A DNA stretch of 63,488 bases, the filler included, from Rhabdomonas costata (taxonomy: Eukaryota), in assembly GCA_019059605.1 (NCBI GenBank). It is 44 parts of 44 records of this genome, joined end to end, with 100 filler letters (N's around TTAATTAATTAA, not from the genome) between each part and the next. Parts side by side here need not be neighbours in the genome. Positions count along the whole stretch, not along the records: positions 13,006 to 14,351 come from JAHMHO010018677.1; positions 14,452 to 15,797 come from JAHMHO010018678.1; positions 15,898 to 17,245 come from JAHMHO010018679.1; positions 17,346 to 18,691 come from JAHMHO010018680.1; positions 18,792 to 20,137 come from JAHMHO010018681.1; positions 20,238 to 21,583 come from JAHMHO010018682.1; positions 21,684 to 23,029 come from JAHMHO010018683.1; positions 23,130 to 24,475 come from JAHMHO010018684.1; 36 more parts are not named here. One strand, 5' to 3'. This document shows positions 13,198 to 25,890 of this stretch, in pieces. A program made the position numbers and the translations under genes. Every line of letters starts with the position of its first letter. Position 1 is the stretch's first letter. Under the pieces are notes generated by a model. It was not told the origin of the DNA and did not search any database. It saw only the letters and a program-made list of their open reading frames with translations.

Positions 13198-13695
13198 CGG
13201 ACCACCACTCCAGGGCACTGGGCTGAGGGGATGAAGGTCCTCATCCCGTGCTGGGAGGCCCTCCGGAGCCAGAGGTGCAACGTGGTGCCTGGGATGCGGC
13301 CCTACTGCGGGCGGGTCGGGGTGATCTCCGGTATCCACCCACTGGCCTGCCGCGTCACCTTCCCGAATGGCGACTGTTGGGGCTACGACAAGGACAGGCT
13401 GCTGATCCCTCCGGAGGGGTACGAGGAGCCCAGCGAAGAAAGCCCTGCGAAGAAAAGGCGAGGTCCAGGGCTCCCCCCGGGCACCAAGGTCAGGGTGGGG
13501 CCTGGAGAAATCCTTGTGAAGGAGCTGTTGGGGAGTCCACTGGAGCCCATCCAGCGCCTGCCGTACGCCGGGAAGGAGGGCGCGATGGAGGTCTTCGATC
13601 CATCGGACGAGACTTACCGGGTGGGGTTCCCGGACGGCTCCACGGAGTGGTTCACGCGGGGGTGCCTGACCGTTTTGGATCCGGATCCAGCGAAA
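13198..13695 (+). CDS. Exon with two tandem Mind-bomb-type SH3-like repeats
   Basis: Acceptor ...CCCGCAG. Repeats GMKVLI...GMRPYCGRVGVI...RVTFPNGDCWGY..L and GTKVRV...VKELL...PYAGKEGAMEVFD...YRVGFPDGSTEWFTRGCL. Confidence 0.65.
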
Positions 13696-14855
13696 GTGGT
13701 TGTGTTTTGGTTGGGTTTCGTTGTTAATGTGTGGGTCATTGTGTGTAGCTAGGGTTTCGGGAGTTTGTCGAAATTGTTGCAGGACAATCTTAAGCGTTTG
13801 CAGGAGTTAAGGTAAGCTTTTTGGTGTTCGGCGTGTGTGCAGGGCTGCGGCACATTCTGCCGGATTGAGGAGGTGAAAGGGTTCGGGCTTTTGGTGGTAG
13901 TCTATTAAAGGGCCCGATGGCCTTTTTTCGGCTGAAACAGTGCCAGACGATTCCTGTGTGCTCAAGCAGTTGTTGAGTTTCAGATGAGACCACGCAGTGA
14001 GTTTCGCCTCTGTACGTGAGTCTTTTTCACAGGGCGACTGGAAAGTCACTACACGCTCAAAAAAAAAGTCGCTGGGGCAGCAGTTCCTTAGAAAATAGAA
14101 AGGGGGATGGCGGTGATGGGTGCGATGGGGTGGGGGCACAACAGTTGCAAAGCTGCAAAGCAATTCGAACCTTGACCCTAGGAGTACCATTTAGAATGCA
14201 AGTCAGAAGGCATGGCCTCAAAGACCGGGTTCCACGTGTACGCAGCAACACACCAGCGCGAACAAGTGCCGCACCGGCAAAGCACCAAAGCCAAAACCCG
14301 GACACGGCCAACAAGGAATCGCCACAGGGCGGAAGGGTGGACCCACACACCNNNNNNNNNNNNNNNNNNNNNNNNNNNNNNNNNNNNNNNNNNNNTTAAT
14401 TAATTAANNNNNNNNNNNNNNNNNNNNNNNNNNNNNNNNNNNNNNNNNNNNGGGGGGTGGGTGGAGTGGACGACCTTTTTCTGGGAGTCCTCTGCCTTCT
14501 GCGGCTATGCTGCGTACTTGGCGCGTTATTGTGTGTTTACATGAGAAAGATTGACCCATGGGCACGGTTCCTGTCACGGAGCGATGAGAGCTGAACAATG
14601 TGCTGGACAGAGGGATGAAAACCGAGCAACGAATCCGCCAAGGCTAATAAACAACAGATGTCGAAGGGCAAACAAAGAATCGAGAAGCTGCCTTGGCAGG
14701 GATGCGGGGCAAACCAAGCCACAAATATCTGTGCGCAAGAAGGATCCACACGTGTACTCCAACGCTGGTGCCCCCCCCCCTTTTTTTTTTGAAAAGACGC
14801 TGAAGCTGTCCGCGAAAGACTGTGGTTGCGGGGTCATAGCAAAGTGTCGTTGCAC

Positions 14856-15627
14856 CTCAGAAAGACGGGGAACTGCCCGTATGGGATCATCAGCCCCGAG
14901 AACAGCATCCACGTCAGCCCCGCCGCAATGCCCGCGATATGCGCTGTCTGAGTGTCCGGCAGCAGCACCGCAACCGTCACGCGCCACGAGACCATGGCCA
15001 GGGTGTGAAGAAAGCTTGTGGTCAACCAAAACACGACAGAGCTCATGCGGCAATCCAGCCCAACCTGAGCGCGCGTAATACACACATGAATCCCCAGGGT
15101 GCTGTTGGGTTGTTGTGTCGGACCTCTGGCATTTCGATCTTATTTTTGCTTGTGCAGCTGCATATCCGCGAGAGCTGGTTGGTGCGTCACAAGGCCAACA
15201 ATGGCCATGCCGCTGACCAGCGTCACCGCCCGAACGCCATGATCGCGGTTCTTGCGGGGTATGTGTGTTGGCCGCATAGGGCGCTGTTTCAGCATACACG
15301 TTGTGTTGGCCACAGGTGTTCGCGAGAGGTGACTTAGGAGCAAACGGTGTTGTGGGTACTGCTTCACCGCCGAACGATTGCCTCACTTCTGCCCCACGAT
15401 GTGGCATGTGTGCGCGCGTGAGTGTTGGGGGAGGGGGGGCATCTCGCATACCATCCAGTACCAGATTAGCACGAAGAGCACGCTGTTGACGATCAGGTAC
15501 GGTACCTCCACGGCAATCTGCACCAACCCGTACCAGGGGGCGGCGTACATCCGGGCGGCGCGCTCTCGGTAGAACACGGGCCGCTCCGTTGTCATCACAA
15601 AAAGAGCCCCACCAGCGTTCAGAAAGC
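14856..15627 (-). CDS. ABCG/PDR-family ABC transporter, ABC2 membrane domain (exons 15452-15627, 14856-15064)
   Basis: ERPVFYRERAARMYAAPWY...VEVPY...IWYWM|VGL...MLFSGLMIP; a GTATGC...CAG intron joins the exons in frame. Confidence 0.9.
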
Positions 15628-15947
15628 CTGCGCCATGAAAGAAGTGGAATGAAGGTTTAAAAGTCATAACAAAAGGCCAATGACGAGAAGTGTTACAATG
15701 TCTGGGGGTTGTCAGAAAGGAAGACTAGTCTATCGCCGAGAGCAGAAGAATACACAGACGCACACGACCACATGCGAGCCAATAAATAACACACACANNN
15801 NNNNNNNNNNNNNNNNNNNNNNNNNNNNNNNNNNNNNNNNNTTAATTAATTAANNNNNNNNNNNNNNNNNNNNNNNNNNNNNNNNNNNNNNNNNNNNGTT
15901 TGTTGTTTTAATATATAATGTTTAACAGGATCATGCGAACCAGCCAC

Positions 15948-16109
15948 CATCCTTTCCAGGGTGAGCTCCTTCTTCTTTTTGCCCTTTTGTCCAGTAGCCA
16001 TTAGCTTGAAAATGGAGTGCAGCTTCAGGATCTCAGCTGCGCTGAGGTTGTTGCTGTGCTGCAAGGAAGTCAGCTTGGACTTCTTGAGGGTGCTCTGGGA
16101 TGCACCCAT
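15948..16109 (-). CDS. First exon of an N-myristoylated calcineurin-B/NCS-like EF-hand protein
   Basis: MGASQS myristoylation motif followed by LSAAEILKLHSIFKLM; GT donor at 15947. Confidence 0.65.
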
Positions 16110-16799
16110 TTTGGTTCAGCGTCCCACCCGACCACGTTGCTGTCGAAAGCTTTCCAACGCGGACACGCAGTATGGAAAGTAGTTGAAAGAGAGATCGATC
16201 GGAGACACAACAAGGAGAAAAAGCCGGCCAAAGGGGGGGGGGGCGTCCAAGTTGAGTTCCTTTGAGAGCCAGACAAAAAACCGTGAGCAGATGGACAACA
16301 TGTGGTATAATCATGAAAATAACAAGCCGTTACACCAGGTACGTTCCCGCCACAGCCGACAACTTCGGCAGCATGGGGGGCTGGGCTGCCAGCCGACGCC
16401 CTCAAGCTAAAGCTGTTTTGCTTGCTGAAGCCCAGCAACGAACACCTGTACTAAAAGTGATTCTTTTTTGGATGGGGGGGAGTGACGGGTCAGTCATTCA
16501 AACACCTTTTACCGAATCAATCAACCCGTGCTCGCGTTTACAGACCCATATCACACCCCATCCCTGTCTCCTTTGACCAGCAGAAGAACGGCTCTGAACT
16601 TTCCCTCCAGAGTCGACCCTCAACTGCAGGATGGAAAGGCTCATCAACCCAACACGGGTGGGAGTATTCCCACCATCGGCAGCATCCTCTTGTTAACTCA
16701 GTGACTCAGTAAAGGAGGTGCAAAAGAAATGCTTTTTTCTGGGCAACGTCGCCCACTGACTGACGCCAAGCTCGAAAACCGAAACCATAAGCCCACGCG

Positions 16800-17090
16800 A
16801 GAAATTCACACGGTTGGTGATGTGAGGCCTCTTGCCTATGCCGACACCCGAGACATGGCTGCACATCTACGGGTGATGACTGATGATGCCATGACTACGC
16901 GTATCCCGTGATGTCACCCTTACCCACCATGCACCTACCTTGAGATGCTGAGGCCTTGAGGCCGCTGACTAAATACACCCAAACCACGCAAACACAGGCA
17001 AGCCCATACCTATCTAACCACCTGATGAAAACCTGCCATTCGGAGCCTCGGTAGGATAATAATTCTTTCAAGTATATGCAGTTGCATTTG
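16800..17090 (+). mobile_element. Possible decayed non-LTR retrotransposon reverse-transcriptase fragment
   Basis: Degenerate motifs in the expected order across frames (LAYADT, LNTPK, FKYMQL) resemble LAYADD, GL-N--K and FKYLG; many stops. Confidence 0.3.
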
Positions 17091-17505
17091 CTGGTGTACT
17101 TCAATCAAAGAAAGCACCCTTTCAACTTTTCCAAGACTACAAACACTCACCGTCCTTGAAATCCTCACAAAAGCGAACAGAGTCTTCAGAATATGTGCAG
17201 AAATGCAAGTGAACTGGGACCAAAGAAAAGTGATTCCACCACAAANNNNNNNNNNNNNNNNNNNNNNNNNNNNNNNNNNNNNNNNNNNNTTAATTAATTA
17301 ANNNNNNNNNNNNNNNNNNNNNNNNNNNNNNNNNNNNNNNNNNNNCTTGTGGTTACATGAAAAACAATACCCTCCCCTGCTCTACCCCGAAATCGAGGAG
17401 CGCAACGGGTATCGATCTTCTTTTCACCTCTGGAAAAGTATGAACAGGTATTCCTCTTCTGCACATTTCTTTTGTTCTCTGAGTCGCACAAAAAAACACC
17501 CACAG

Positions 17506-17994
17506 GCTTCTGTTCGACAAGGCCACCATGACCTTCATCAACATCGGGGAGAGGTGCAATGTCGCCGGAAGCATCAAGTTCCGCAAACTGATCAAGGACA
17601 ACAAGTTTGAGGAGGCCATGCAGATCGCCAAAGACCAAGTCTCTTGCCCCCCTCCTCCCCATTTTTGAAAAGCCTCGTTAGAATGCGAATTCATCTGCTT
17701 CCGTGTGAATGTCCGTGCCCTGTTCTTCTCACTGTGCAAACGAGCGCGGGGACCGGATGCTGTGTCCCCCAGCTCAGGGGATGCCCCTCCGCGGCTGTCG
17801 CCCAACCCGATCAATGATCAATGAAGTAGTTTCATTTCGGCTTCTCCAAAAGCAAAAACAAAAACAAAAAAACGTCAATAGGTCGAGAACGGGGCCCAGG
17901 TGCTGGATTTGAATTTCGATGATGGGCTCCTGGACGGCCCGGCGTGCATGACGAAGTTCTGCAACCTCCTGGCCTCGGACCCGGACATCTGCCG
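17506..17994 (+). CDS. metH: Cobalamin-dependent methionine synthase, pterin-binding domain (exons 17506-17638, 17882-17994)
   Basis: [71 protein letters not shown]; the GT-AG intron is in phase. Confidence 0.95.
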
Positions 17995-20675
17995 GTGTGC
18001 CAGTGCCCTTTTCTTTTTTGCATCACCTCATTTTTTCCCCTACAGTACATCACGACATAACAGATAATCAAAAAGAAAAAAGAAATGGTGTGCAAATTTT
18101 GCACCAAAAAATTCCATTCCTCGTACCGAATTCGACGCGGCTTTAGCACTTGTCAGGTCAACGTGTCCACAGCGATAGAATAGCGCAGGCACCATTTTAT
18201 TACTCTGCTGCTGACGATGGCAATCATGAACCCAAGCGCTCCAAGGCATGGGCTCGTTTGCAGGTCTCCCTCCAAACGGGTTTTCAGTCGGTTCGCAAAA
18301 GTTCCTAAGATGTTGAGGTTACATCCGCAAAACTCAGCAGAACGTTTGCGATGAATTTCAACCTGGAGTCGTCAAGCCCAGTAACAATGCCATTGTCATA
18401 GAGATTGAAAGGTCCAGTGATGCACCCCGCCTTTTTTGTGTCATTGTACAAAACGAGAAATTTAGCTAAAAGTTCAGTCTTACGTGCCAGATTTTGGCCT
18501 GCGCTTGCCATGAGGGTAGGTTTTGGTATACAGTGGCGCATAAATCTGCCGAAAAATGTTCTGAGTTTACTGTGTAACATACCTTACATTACTGAAGTGA
18601 AGGGAAGAGAAAATTTGTCCTTGTGTAGCTTCACCTCCCCGTCCTCCCCCGTTCCCCGTTCCCCTGTTTTCTCCTTTGTGAGGGGGGGGGGNNNNNNNNN
18701 NNNNNNNNNNNNNNNNNNNNNNNNNNNNNNNNNNNTTAATTAATTAANNNNNNNNNNNNNNNNNNNNNNNNNNNNNNNNNNNNNNNNNNNNTTGTTGGAG
18801 TAGGGTGGTTTTTAATACCGCTGGCGGGCTTCGGCGTGGGCTATTGGATAGATTTAACAATCGAGATCTTTTGAAAAACGTCTCCGCTTCTACAACAAAA
18901 TTCGTGGTTGAGCCAATCGGTTGCGACTAGATTGTTTGTCTGTGTCTTCTTTCCCCGGTATTTCAGCCTCAAAGGGCAAAAGACGGCCGCCGTCTGGAAA
19001 GAAGTGTGTTCTTCCGTCACCACGTTAAGATTGATTGATTGTCTATGGTGCCTATGTTTATGTAGGTGTTAGTATCCAGGTTAGGGGGCAATTTTGTGTT
19101 CACAGGGTCTCAGAGCCCAAGTCCTCTCGGCGCTGAAGTTCTGGTATGCGCACGTAGACATGTGCTGAGCAGACAGTTTCTTGCTTGCTTTTCTTTTTTG
19201 CTCCCTGTCTTAGGACTTGCGACGGCCATGCTATTAGCGGACTTGCGGTTTGGACTGAATTGAATATTGTTGGACTGAATTGAATATTTTACGCGACCTT
19301 TGGCTGCACGTCATTTTGATGCGTGATGTGGGTTTGCTTGTGCTCCAAACTCCTTCTTCCTTTGGTGAGGAGCTAAGGATGAGACTGGGAATCGATTTCA
19401 CCCGTAAATTACCAGTCGTGGTAATTCACACGTAAATTACCAGTAAAGATTCCAGGCCCAAATTTGGTCCAACCGATTCATCTTGATCTTGAACTGAACT
19501 TTTGCTGCTTTGTTCTCGGGAACCCAACCCCCTCTTTGCAACATTTCTCAATGCTCATGTAAAAACCAGTGCAATGGAAAGGCCAATTTCGGCTTTAAAC
19601 CTTTACAGCGCACTTAGCAGGGGGTCGCAGATCTCCTTCATTCCTGGCCTCATTCCTTATGGCGTGAGCTAAAGCGGTCGCGAAACGTTCCGGAAACTGG
19701 TGCTGGACCAGACTGTGTGTCAAGCGGCAGAACAGCACAAACGTATTGTGGTTTTGTGGTTAGTTTGTGGAACGTGCGTCACTTGCCGCCGCGGGCGAGC
19801 CCCTTATGACCCAAACTCGTCCGGAAGAAGAACAGCACCGCCACAAAAGGCAGTCCAAACCCTTCCATCATCCCCCCCGATTCCCTGGGGAAGCGCCCCT
19901 TTGCCCGCTGATTTGGTTTCAGGTGCGGCCGCCGAATCTCCCCTGCTATCTTTGCGCTTTGCCTTTTTTTGGCCCGTTCGGTTGGCGCCCACCCGGGTAC
20001 ATGCCCCCGAGCGCAAATGAAAGGGAGGGGGAAGGAGAGGGAGGGAGTGAAACGGACCTGCCCTCGAGTGGCACCCCTGCGTTTGCCACCGACACTTTGC
20101 CGGCTCGACTTTTCTTCCGCAACGTGGGCGCTTTCGCNNNNNNNNNNNNNNNNNNNNNNNNNNNNNNNNNNNNNNNNNNNNTTAATTAATTAANNNNNNN
20201 NNNNNNNNNNNNNNNNNNNNNNNNNNNNNNNNNNNNNTTTTGGGGGGGGCCTGAGCGTTTCCCGTGCCCTTGGCAATGCGGAGGCTAAGCGGGACCCCTG
20301 GCTGCCCCTCTCCCAGCAGCGGGTCTGCGCCTTGCCTGACGTGAGCCAGCACACGCTGCGGCCGGAGAACTGCTTATTTTGTTTTTTAGTCCTTTTTGTT
20401 TGTGTGTCAGTATGTGCATTCCCAATGAATCGGATGCTTCTCTCAGTTGCACCTTTTGAGGACTTGGATGGGTCAATGAGTTCATTAAAGGCTTTTAACA
20501 TCCTCACCGGGAGTACCCAAAGGGATGCCCCCGATGCGCGAACCATATCCTGGGCAAACTTCAGGTGGGAATCCTGCAATCCTTGGGCTTGGCATCGGGG
20601 AAAAGAAGGCAAGGGATGTTGAAATTCGAGCTTGTTGGGAGAGGGAATGTGCTTTTTTGTGTGGGACATACGTAG

Positions 20676-21575
20676 GTCTCGGGGAACCGGGTGGACGGGG
20701 GCCTGAGCGTTTCCCGTGCCCTTGGCAATGCGGAGGCTAAGCGGGACCCCTGGCTGCCCCTCTCCCAGCAGCGGGTCTGCGCCTTGCCTGACGTGAGCCA
20801 GCACACGCTGCGGCCTGGGGACTGCCTTGTGCTTGCCTGCGATGGGCTCTTTACGGCATGTTAGTTTCAAGCAAACCCTGACTTGCCCCCCCCGCCCACG
20901 GCAATTTTTGAACCTGTGGTCGTGATGGCGGCGTAGGGTACGAATCATCAGGGTCTGGGTTTTTGAAGGAAGGTCAACCGGCTTGCATATCTGCCAGGTG
21001 TAATAAGCTTCTCTCTTCTTTTCAGGAGAAAAGCTTCGGAATCCATGGTAACGCAGAAAGAATTTGGGGACGCTGCTGGAGTTAGGGTATCCCAGCGGAA
21101 GTTTTGCAGGGGCTGACCCAAGATCTCTGGCAAGTTTTTGGAACGTACTCTAGAAATGTGCAGGCTGGTGGAGACCATTACACCCACACAATGAGAAAAA
21201 TGGAAGCCTCCTGTGTGAAGCCTCCTGTGGCTGCTGTTTTATCAGGGGAATAGTAGTGATGACACCGTGATGCAGAAACTGCAGCAGAGCTATATTTGCA
21301 AGGTCTGCGGCGTCGAGTCAATCCTCTTTCTCTAATCCCTCCTGCATTTTACCATTTTCCGCATGAACCATGACTTGAGTCAACACTCACCCTTGATTCC
21401 TGATTCATTCAGCATTCATTACTGTCAACCCAAAGCTTTGTAGTTTATGCTGGTGTTCAGTGTGTGAATGCCCTCCCGCTAATCTTCCAATGTTGCCCGT
21501 TTGCATCACTGCCTGCAGAATGGCAACCCTTCCTCAGAGGGCTTGCTGGATGCCTTGCGCGGAGTGCTTGCCGAC
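20676..21575 (+). CDS. PP2C/PPM-family protein phosphatase (exons 20676-20855, 21246-21302, 21519-contig end)
   Basis: RVDGGLSVSRALGN...QRVCALPDV...DCLVLACDGLF. The downstream exons join in frame if the first intron uses a GC donor (GCATGT). Confidence 0.85.
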
Positions 21576-22632
21576 CAAAACCCNNNNNNNNNNNNNNNNN
21601 NNNNNNNNNNNNNNNNNNNNNNNNNNNTTAATTAATTAANNNNNNNNNNNNNNNNNNNNNNNNNNNNNNNNNNNNNNNNNNNNTTTTTTGGTTCAGGGAC
21701 AGTTTCGCTCGAAGCGGAAGCACCGTGAGTTCGGCTGCAAGATTAGTTGGATGACCGCGCGCTGCGGGTCTTCTTCTGTTGCACGACAAGGGAGCGATGC
21801 AAACGTCCCAGAAATCTCGGGCCGAGTGGGTGCGGGAGGCGAAAGCCCCATGCAACTTCTTGGGTCACTCCGAAACTTCTTACCTGTCCTCAGAGATAAA
21901 AAGGTAGCTAAAGACACAGGAAAACACAAACACGCAAATGGGGGAAATGCGGTTATCAAATGCGACCGATTTCGCAGCAGTCGTCCTGGCTGCAGCCGAG
22001 GGCTAGGCACGCTGAGGCACGAAATGGGCGGTAGGCGTAGCCCTCGGCGCAGCTGACCTTCAGGCACGGGAAGGTCGGGTTTGCTGCGAAGGAGCATTAG
22101 GGAGGAAACAGGTTTCCTTTTCTTACACGGGCAACTACAAAGAAAAAGCAGAAGGACAGCAAAGCTTCGGCGCCAAACAGATGAATGAAATGAAATGATT
22201 AAACTCAGCAATGAGGGGAGCATGCAGAGGGAGTGACAGGGAACAAGGCAGAGAGAAGAAAGGAAGCAGAGGAGAGGGGTCAACAGCCGACTGACATCAA
22301 AACCGAAAAATCCCGATTGGGTTTCACTACCTCCCAATCAAAACAAACTTTGACCAAAGCGCAAAAACAGCGGCAGATGATGCGAGGCAAAGGGATCCAA
22401 TCCAACACAAATGCGCGTGAGAGCCCCAAAGCGCTTGAGAGCAAACATGAAGAGCAGAGTACGCCATGTCCCTTGCGAACTCAAGCCTGACTTATTAGCA
22501 CCCCAACGTCGAGAAACCGTCGCTATAAACCAAACGTAGCACACCGTAGCGATCTTACTCCCACAAAAAACATCACTCTCCATCACAAGCCCTCGTATGA
22601 AAGTCACGGTGGGGGGCAGCAGCCGTACCCAC

Positions 22633-22935
22633 GAGGCTGTATTCCGAAGCAGGATTATCATCGTCGTCGTCAGCGGAGCCGCCTCCCGTGGTCACCAGGT
22701 TGGCGCCCAGCCGGCCCACCCCGAAGAAGGGAAGAGGGCTGGGCATCATCCCAGGGAAGGCTGCCCACTGCACCCCATCCGCGGAGACGCGGCACGACAC
22801 TTCTTCCGAGGAGTCCCCGCCGCTGAAGCTCCACAGCAGCCCTCCGAGGGAGGCCAACCCGAAGCTCCGCAGGAACGGGTCCAGCCCCGCGGTGAGAATT
22901 GGGCTCCATCGAATCCCATCGCCGCTGCTGTACAC
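22633..22935 (-). CDS. Exon of a Kelch/Asp-box-like beta-propeller protein
   Basis: Two S-x-DG-x-x-W motifs (VYSSGDGIRW, VSADGVQW), each followed by a hydrophobic strand ending in GG; pyrimidine-rich CAG acceptor. Confidence 0.6.
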
Positions 22936-23191
22936 CTGAGGGAAGCAGGAAACAAAAGCGGGTGGTGAAGATAGGGAGAAAAAGCAGACACGGCGGCGGG
23001 AATAGAGCAGGAAATGGTCACTAGGCCTANNNNNNNNNNNNNNNNNNNNNNNNNNNNNNNNNNNNNNNNNNNNTTAATTAATTAANNNNNNNNNNNNNNN
23101 NNNNNNNNNNNNNNNNNNNNNNNNNNNNNGGTGTGTGTTGTACTTTAATTGCTGATTGCAGGAGCCCCCTTGTACTCTTGGTTTCTTTCAG

Positions 23192-23374
23192 GTGGACATT
23201 AAGCTCAACGGCAACCGTGCAGTTTCTGGGGTGCTGCGAGGGTTCGACCAGTTTATGAACATCGTGCTGGATGAAACTGTGGAGGAAACCTCTGCTGGAG
23301 AGAAGAATGAGCTAGGGATGGTGGTCATCCGCGGCAACAGTGTCCTCAATGTAGAAGTGCTGAGCGCTGCGTAG
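23192..23374 (+). CDS. SNRPG: Small nuclear ribonucleoprotein SmG, last exon
   Basis: VDIKLNGNRAVSGVLRGFDQFMNIVLDE...LGMVVIRGNSV gives the Sm1 and Sm2 motifs of SmG; TTTCAG acceptor and TAG stop. Confidence 0.93.
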   Translation: MDIKLNGNRAVSGVLRGFDQFMNIVLDETVEETSAGEKNELGMVVIRGNSVLNVEVLSAA

Positions 23375-24575
23375 CTATGGTTCCTGACATTCATTGACTG
23401 TCCATGGCGACCCCAGTGGTGGCGCTTGGGCTGCCCCTAAATGAACCTCCTCCTTTGCTATTGTTGAAATTCGTGGAATGATTTCATTTACACTAATGTA
23501 TACTTCCCATTTCGATGATCTTTTGAAAAGATCAGTCCAGAAGTATGTTAGAGCCCTTTGGAACATTTGAACATTTGAAATTGAGGCCACCACTGGCAAA
23601 TTTCTTGTGGTTTTCGTGTTCTAACGCACACAAACCGAAAATTCCACTATTCGCCGCCATATTGCCGGCCTTTTCCGTTCGGCAACTCGCCTTACAAGCT
23701 AGTAGCGCATTCACTAAGCACTTTTCGTGGGCCCCAAACCCACTAATTTCTATCATTATCGGGGACCATCAGGTGTAAGAAGGCAGGGCCGCGGGCCTAA
23801 GTAGGGTTAAGTATTCTGGGTTCCTGGGTTGCCTTCGGCGGCCTCTGTTTTAGGGCGTGTACCTCCGCATAACTGGCGCAGATACCACAAAGGATGGGTC
23901 CGAGCGGAGCGAAGAAGCGGTAGGGATGCCCGGTAGGTAGCCATCCCTCAACAGCAAAATCTCCCTCTGGGTTTTGTCTTCGCTTTATGTCGGCGCAGGC
24001 GTCTGGAATTCAGGGTGACTTCAGGGTACTGCCTTGAACCCTGGAATTCAGGGTGGTATTTGGGCCAGGAGTCCGGGGCTGTTTTTGGGTAGGGCACTCT
24101 GGTCCGAGGCGTGGTGTGGGGAGGGTTGGATGACGCCTGATGCCCGTATTAGGGGCAAAGGGTCTTTGTGGTTGGGGTTCTGCGTGTTTCGCAAGGAGGT
24201 GTGCATTTCTACAATTTCCAACCAAAAAAAAAACAGGAGGCAGTTTAATGGGCTCAGGGACACTTTTCTGCTGTCTCGAAAACGCGGGCACGGAACGCCA
24301 TTCCTATCCTCTTAGGCACTCCGCGGCTCTTGCCTGTGTTTCTGCGCGGCATCTCAATGTAAAAACACAATTATGGGCGCAAAGAAACCGAAGTTAAATT
24401 AAAAAGCAACCATTTTTTTAAATTTAGAGACTAATTTCTTTTAACCCCAACCACAAAGACCACACCCTTTGCCCCNNNNNNNNNNNNNNNNNNNNNNNNN
24501 NNNNNNNNNNNNNNNNNNNTTAATTAATTAANNNNNNNNNNNNNNNNNNNNNNNNNNNNNNNNNNNNNNNNNNNN

Positions 24576-25890
24576 TGAGTCAGGGCAGCTCCGAGGACTG
24601 GGAGGACGTTCTACTTGAGCTTTCGACGAGCCAGCCGCATGTCGGGGGATCACATCCTGAGCTTCACCCGTGGAAGCTGAGCGAGCAGCCTCCACCTGTC
24701 GCCAACCAAGCGCGGCCTATGATGATGAAGATGAAGTATCCGGCACTGCGCGGTGGAATTATGGCGAACCATTTCGAGTCTGGAGCGGTTGATTCCATGA
24801 GCTATGCAGGTTCGCCTGCTTTGGTGCTTTTCGAGGTGGTTACATTTGTTTACATACTTTTCTTTTACTTTGGAAGGGATGTCGTGGGGAGTGGGGAGCA
24901 TGCTGGTTTTGATTCAATCAAACAATCACCCGACGATAATTTCCAGCCACACTTCGGGGGGACAAAAAAGAAAGTGGGAAGAATGGACGATCAAACCGAC
25001 TGTCCACTCCCTAGGGGTGGAGTTTCGCGAAAAAAGAAAGAAACCCCATCCATGCCCGTCCCCCGTCCTTCTCTGCCCTTTCCAAGATCATCCAGCTGCT
25101 CAACCCAAAGTTCACTCCTTTCACCTCACTTACACTTACTGCCTTATGGTCGTTACCGTCTTTCCAGCTCAACAACGGTACACTCAAACCCATTTCCTGG
25201 CTGCATACCACCTCAATTGACTTATGCAATTCCGTTGTTGCAAAATGCTAGTGTTTTACAAAGAGCGGTCACGCCCACGGTTTTTTCAGGTTCAGGTTCA
25301 GGTTCAGTTTGATGATGTGTCTTGCTGAATCGTAAGGCTTCTTCTGTGTTGACGGGTTTCCCCACTCCGAATAAATTCTAATCCATTGAATGATTCGAGA
25401 AGCTTGCTTTGGAGGCTCCACTTCGAAACCAGATCCCCTCCCCTACATACTCCACCTAACGCCTTCCTTGGCTGCGATTGGATTCCCGGGGCACGCTGTA
25501 TAGCGCTCAGGCGTTTACCCAGACCGTACCGCCGACCGAACTTTGCACAAAAATGATTTGATGCCCCGGAAAAAACAGGTTAAAAATTCATGGCAAGCTC
25601 ACTTTCCCTCAGTAACTGTTGCCAACACTGCTACGAACCTTGCACCCTTCGACATCGGACTTGCGCGTAGGCAAGCTCAATTCATGGCTCGCTCAATCCC
25701 GGAGCTAGCGTGGGGGCTACTCGTGTTCGAAACCAGACCCCGACCTGCTTTTCGCACATGCTCCGCCCCCCGTTTGCCAATCTTCAATTGAAAACCTACG
25801 AGGTCGGGAAGCTCAATTTTCCAAGTTCCGGGTTTTTCGGGTTCGTTTGCAGCAGAAGAGGCCCCTGTTCCGGCGCCATCGGTGCCGCCG
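24576..25890 (+). CDS. DUF4139/DUF4140-family protein fragment (exon to 24809; next exon from 25853)
   Basis: SQGSSEDWEDVLLELSTSQPHVGGSHPELHPWKL matches the Q-x-x-x-EDW-x-x-V-x-L-x-LST-x-x-P...P-x-L-x-PW motif; phase-1 join to AEEAPVPAP. Confidence 0.75.

Noticed and set aside
19251-19444. Short direct duplications (TGGACTGAATTGAATATT x2, CGTAAATTACCAGT x2; also 27171-27209)
   Set aside because: Only two copies each, with no spacers or ORF context; ordinary slippage.
20245-20364. Exact ~118-bp copy of the PP2C exon (20697-20814) as an exon duplication
   Set aside because: It is identical, truncated mid-exon and starts at the primer-tagged contig end, so a WGA or assembly chimera is likely.
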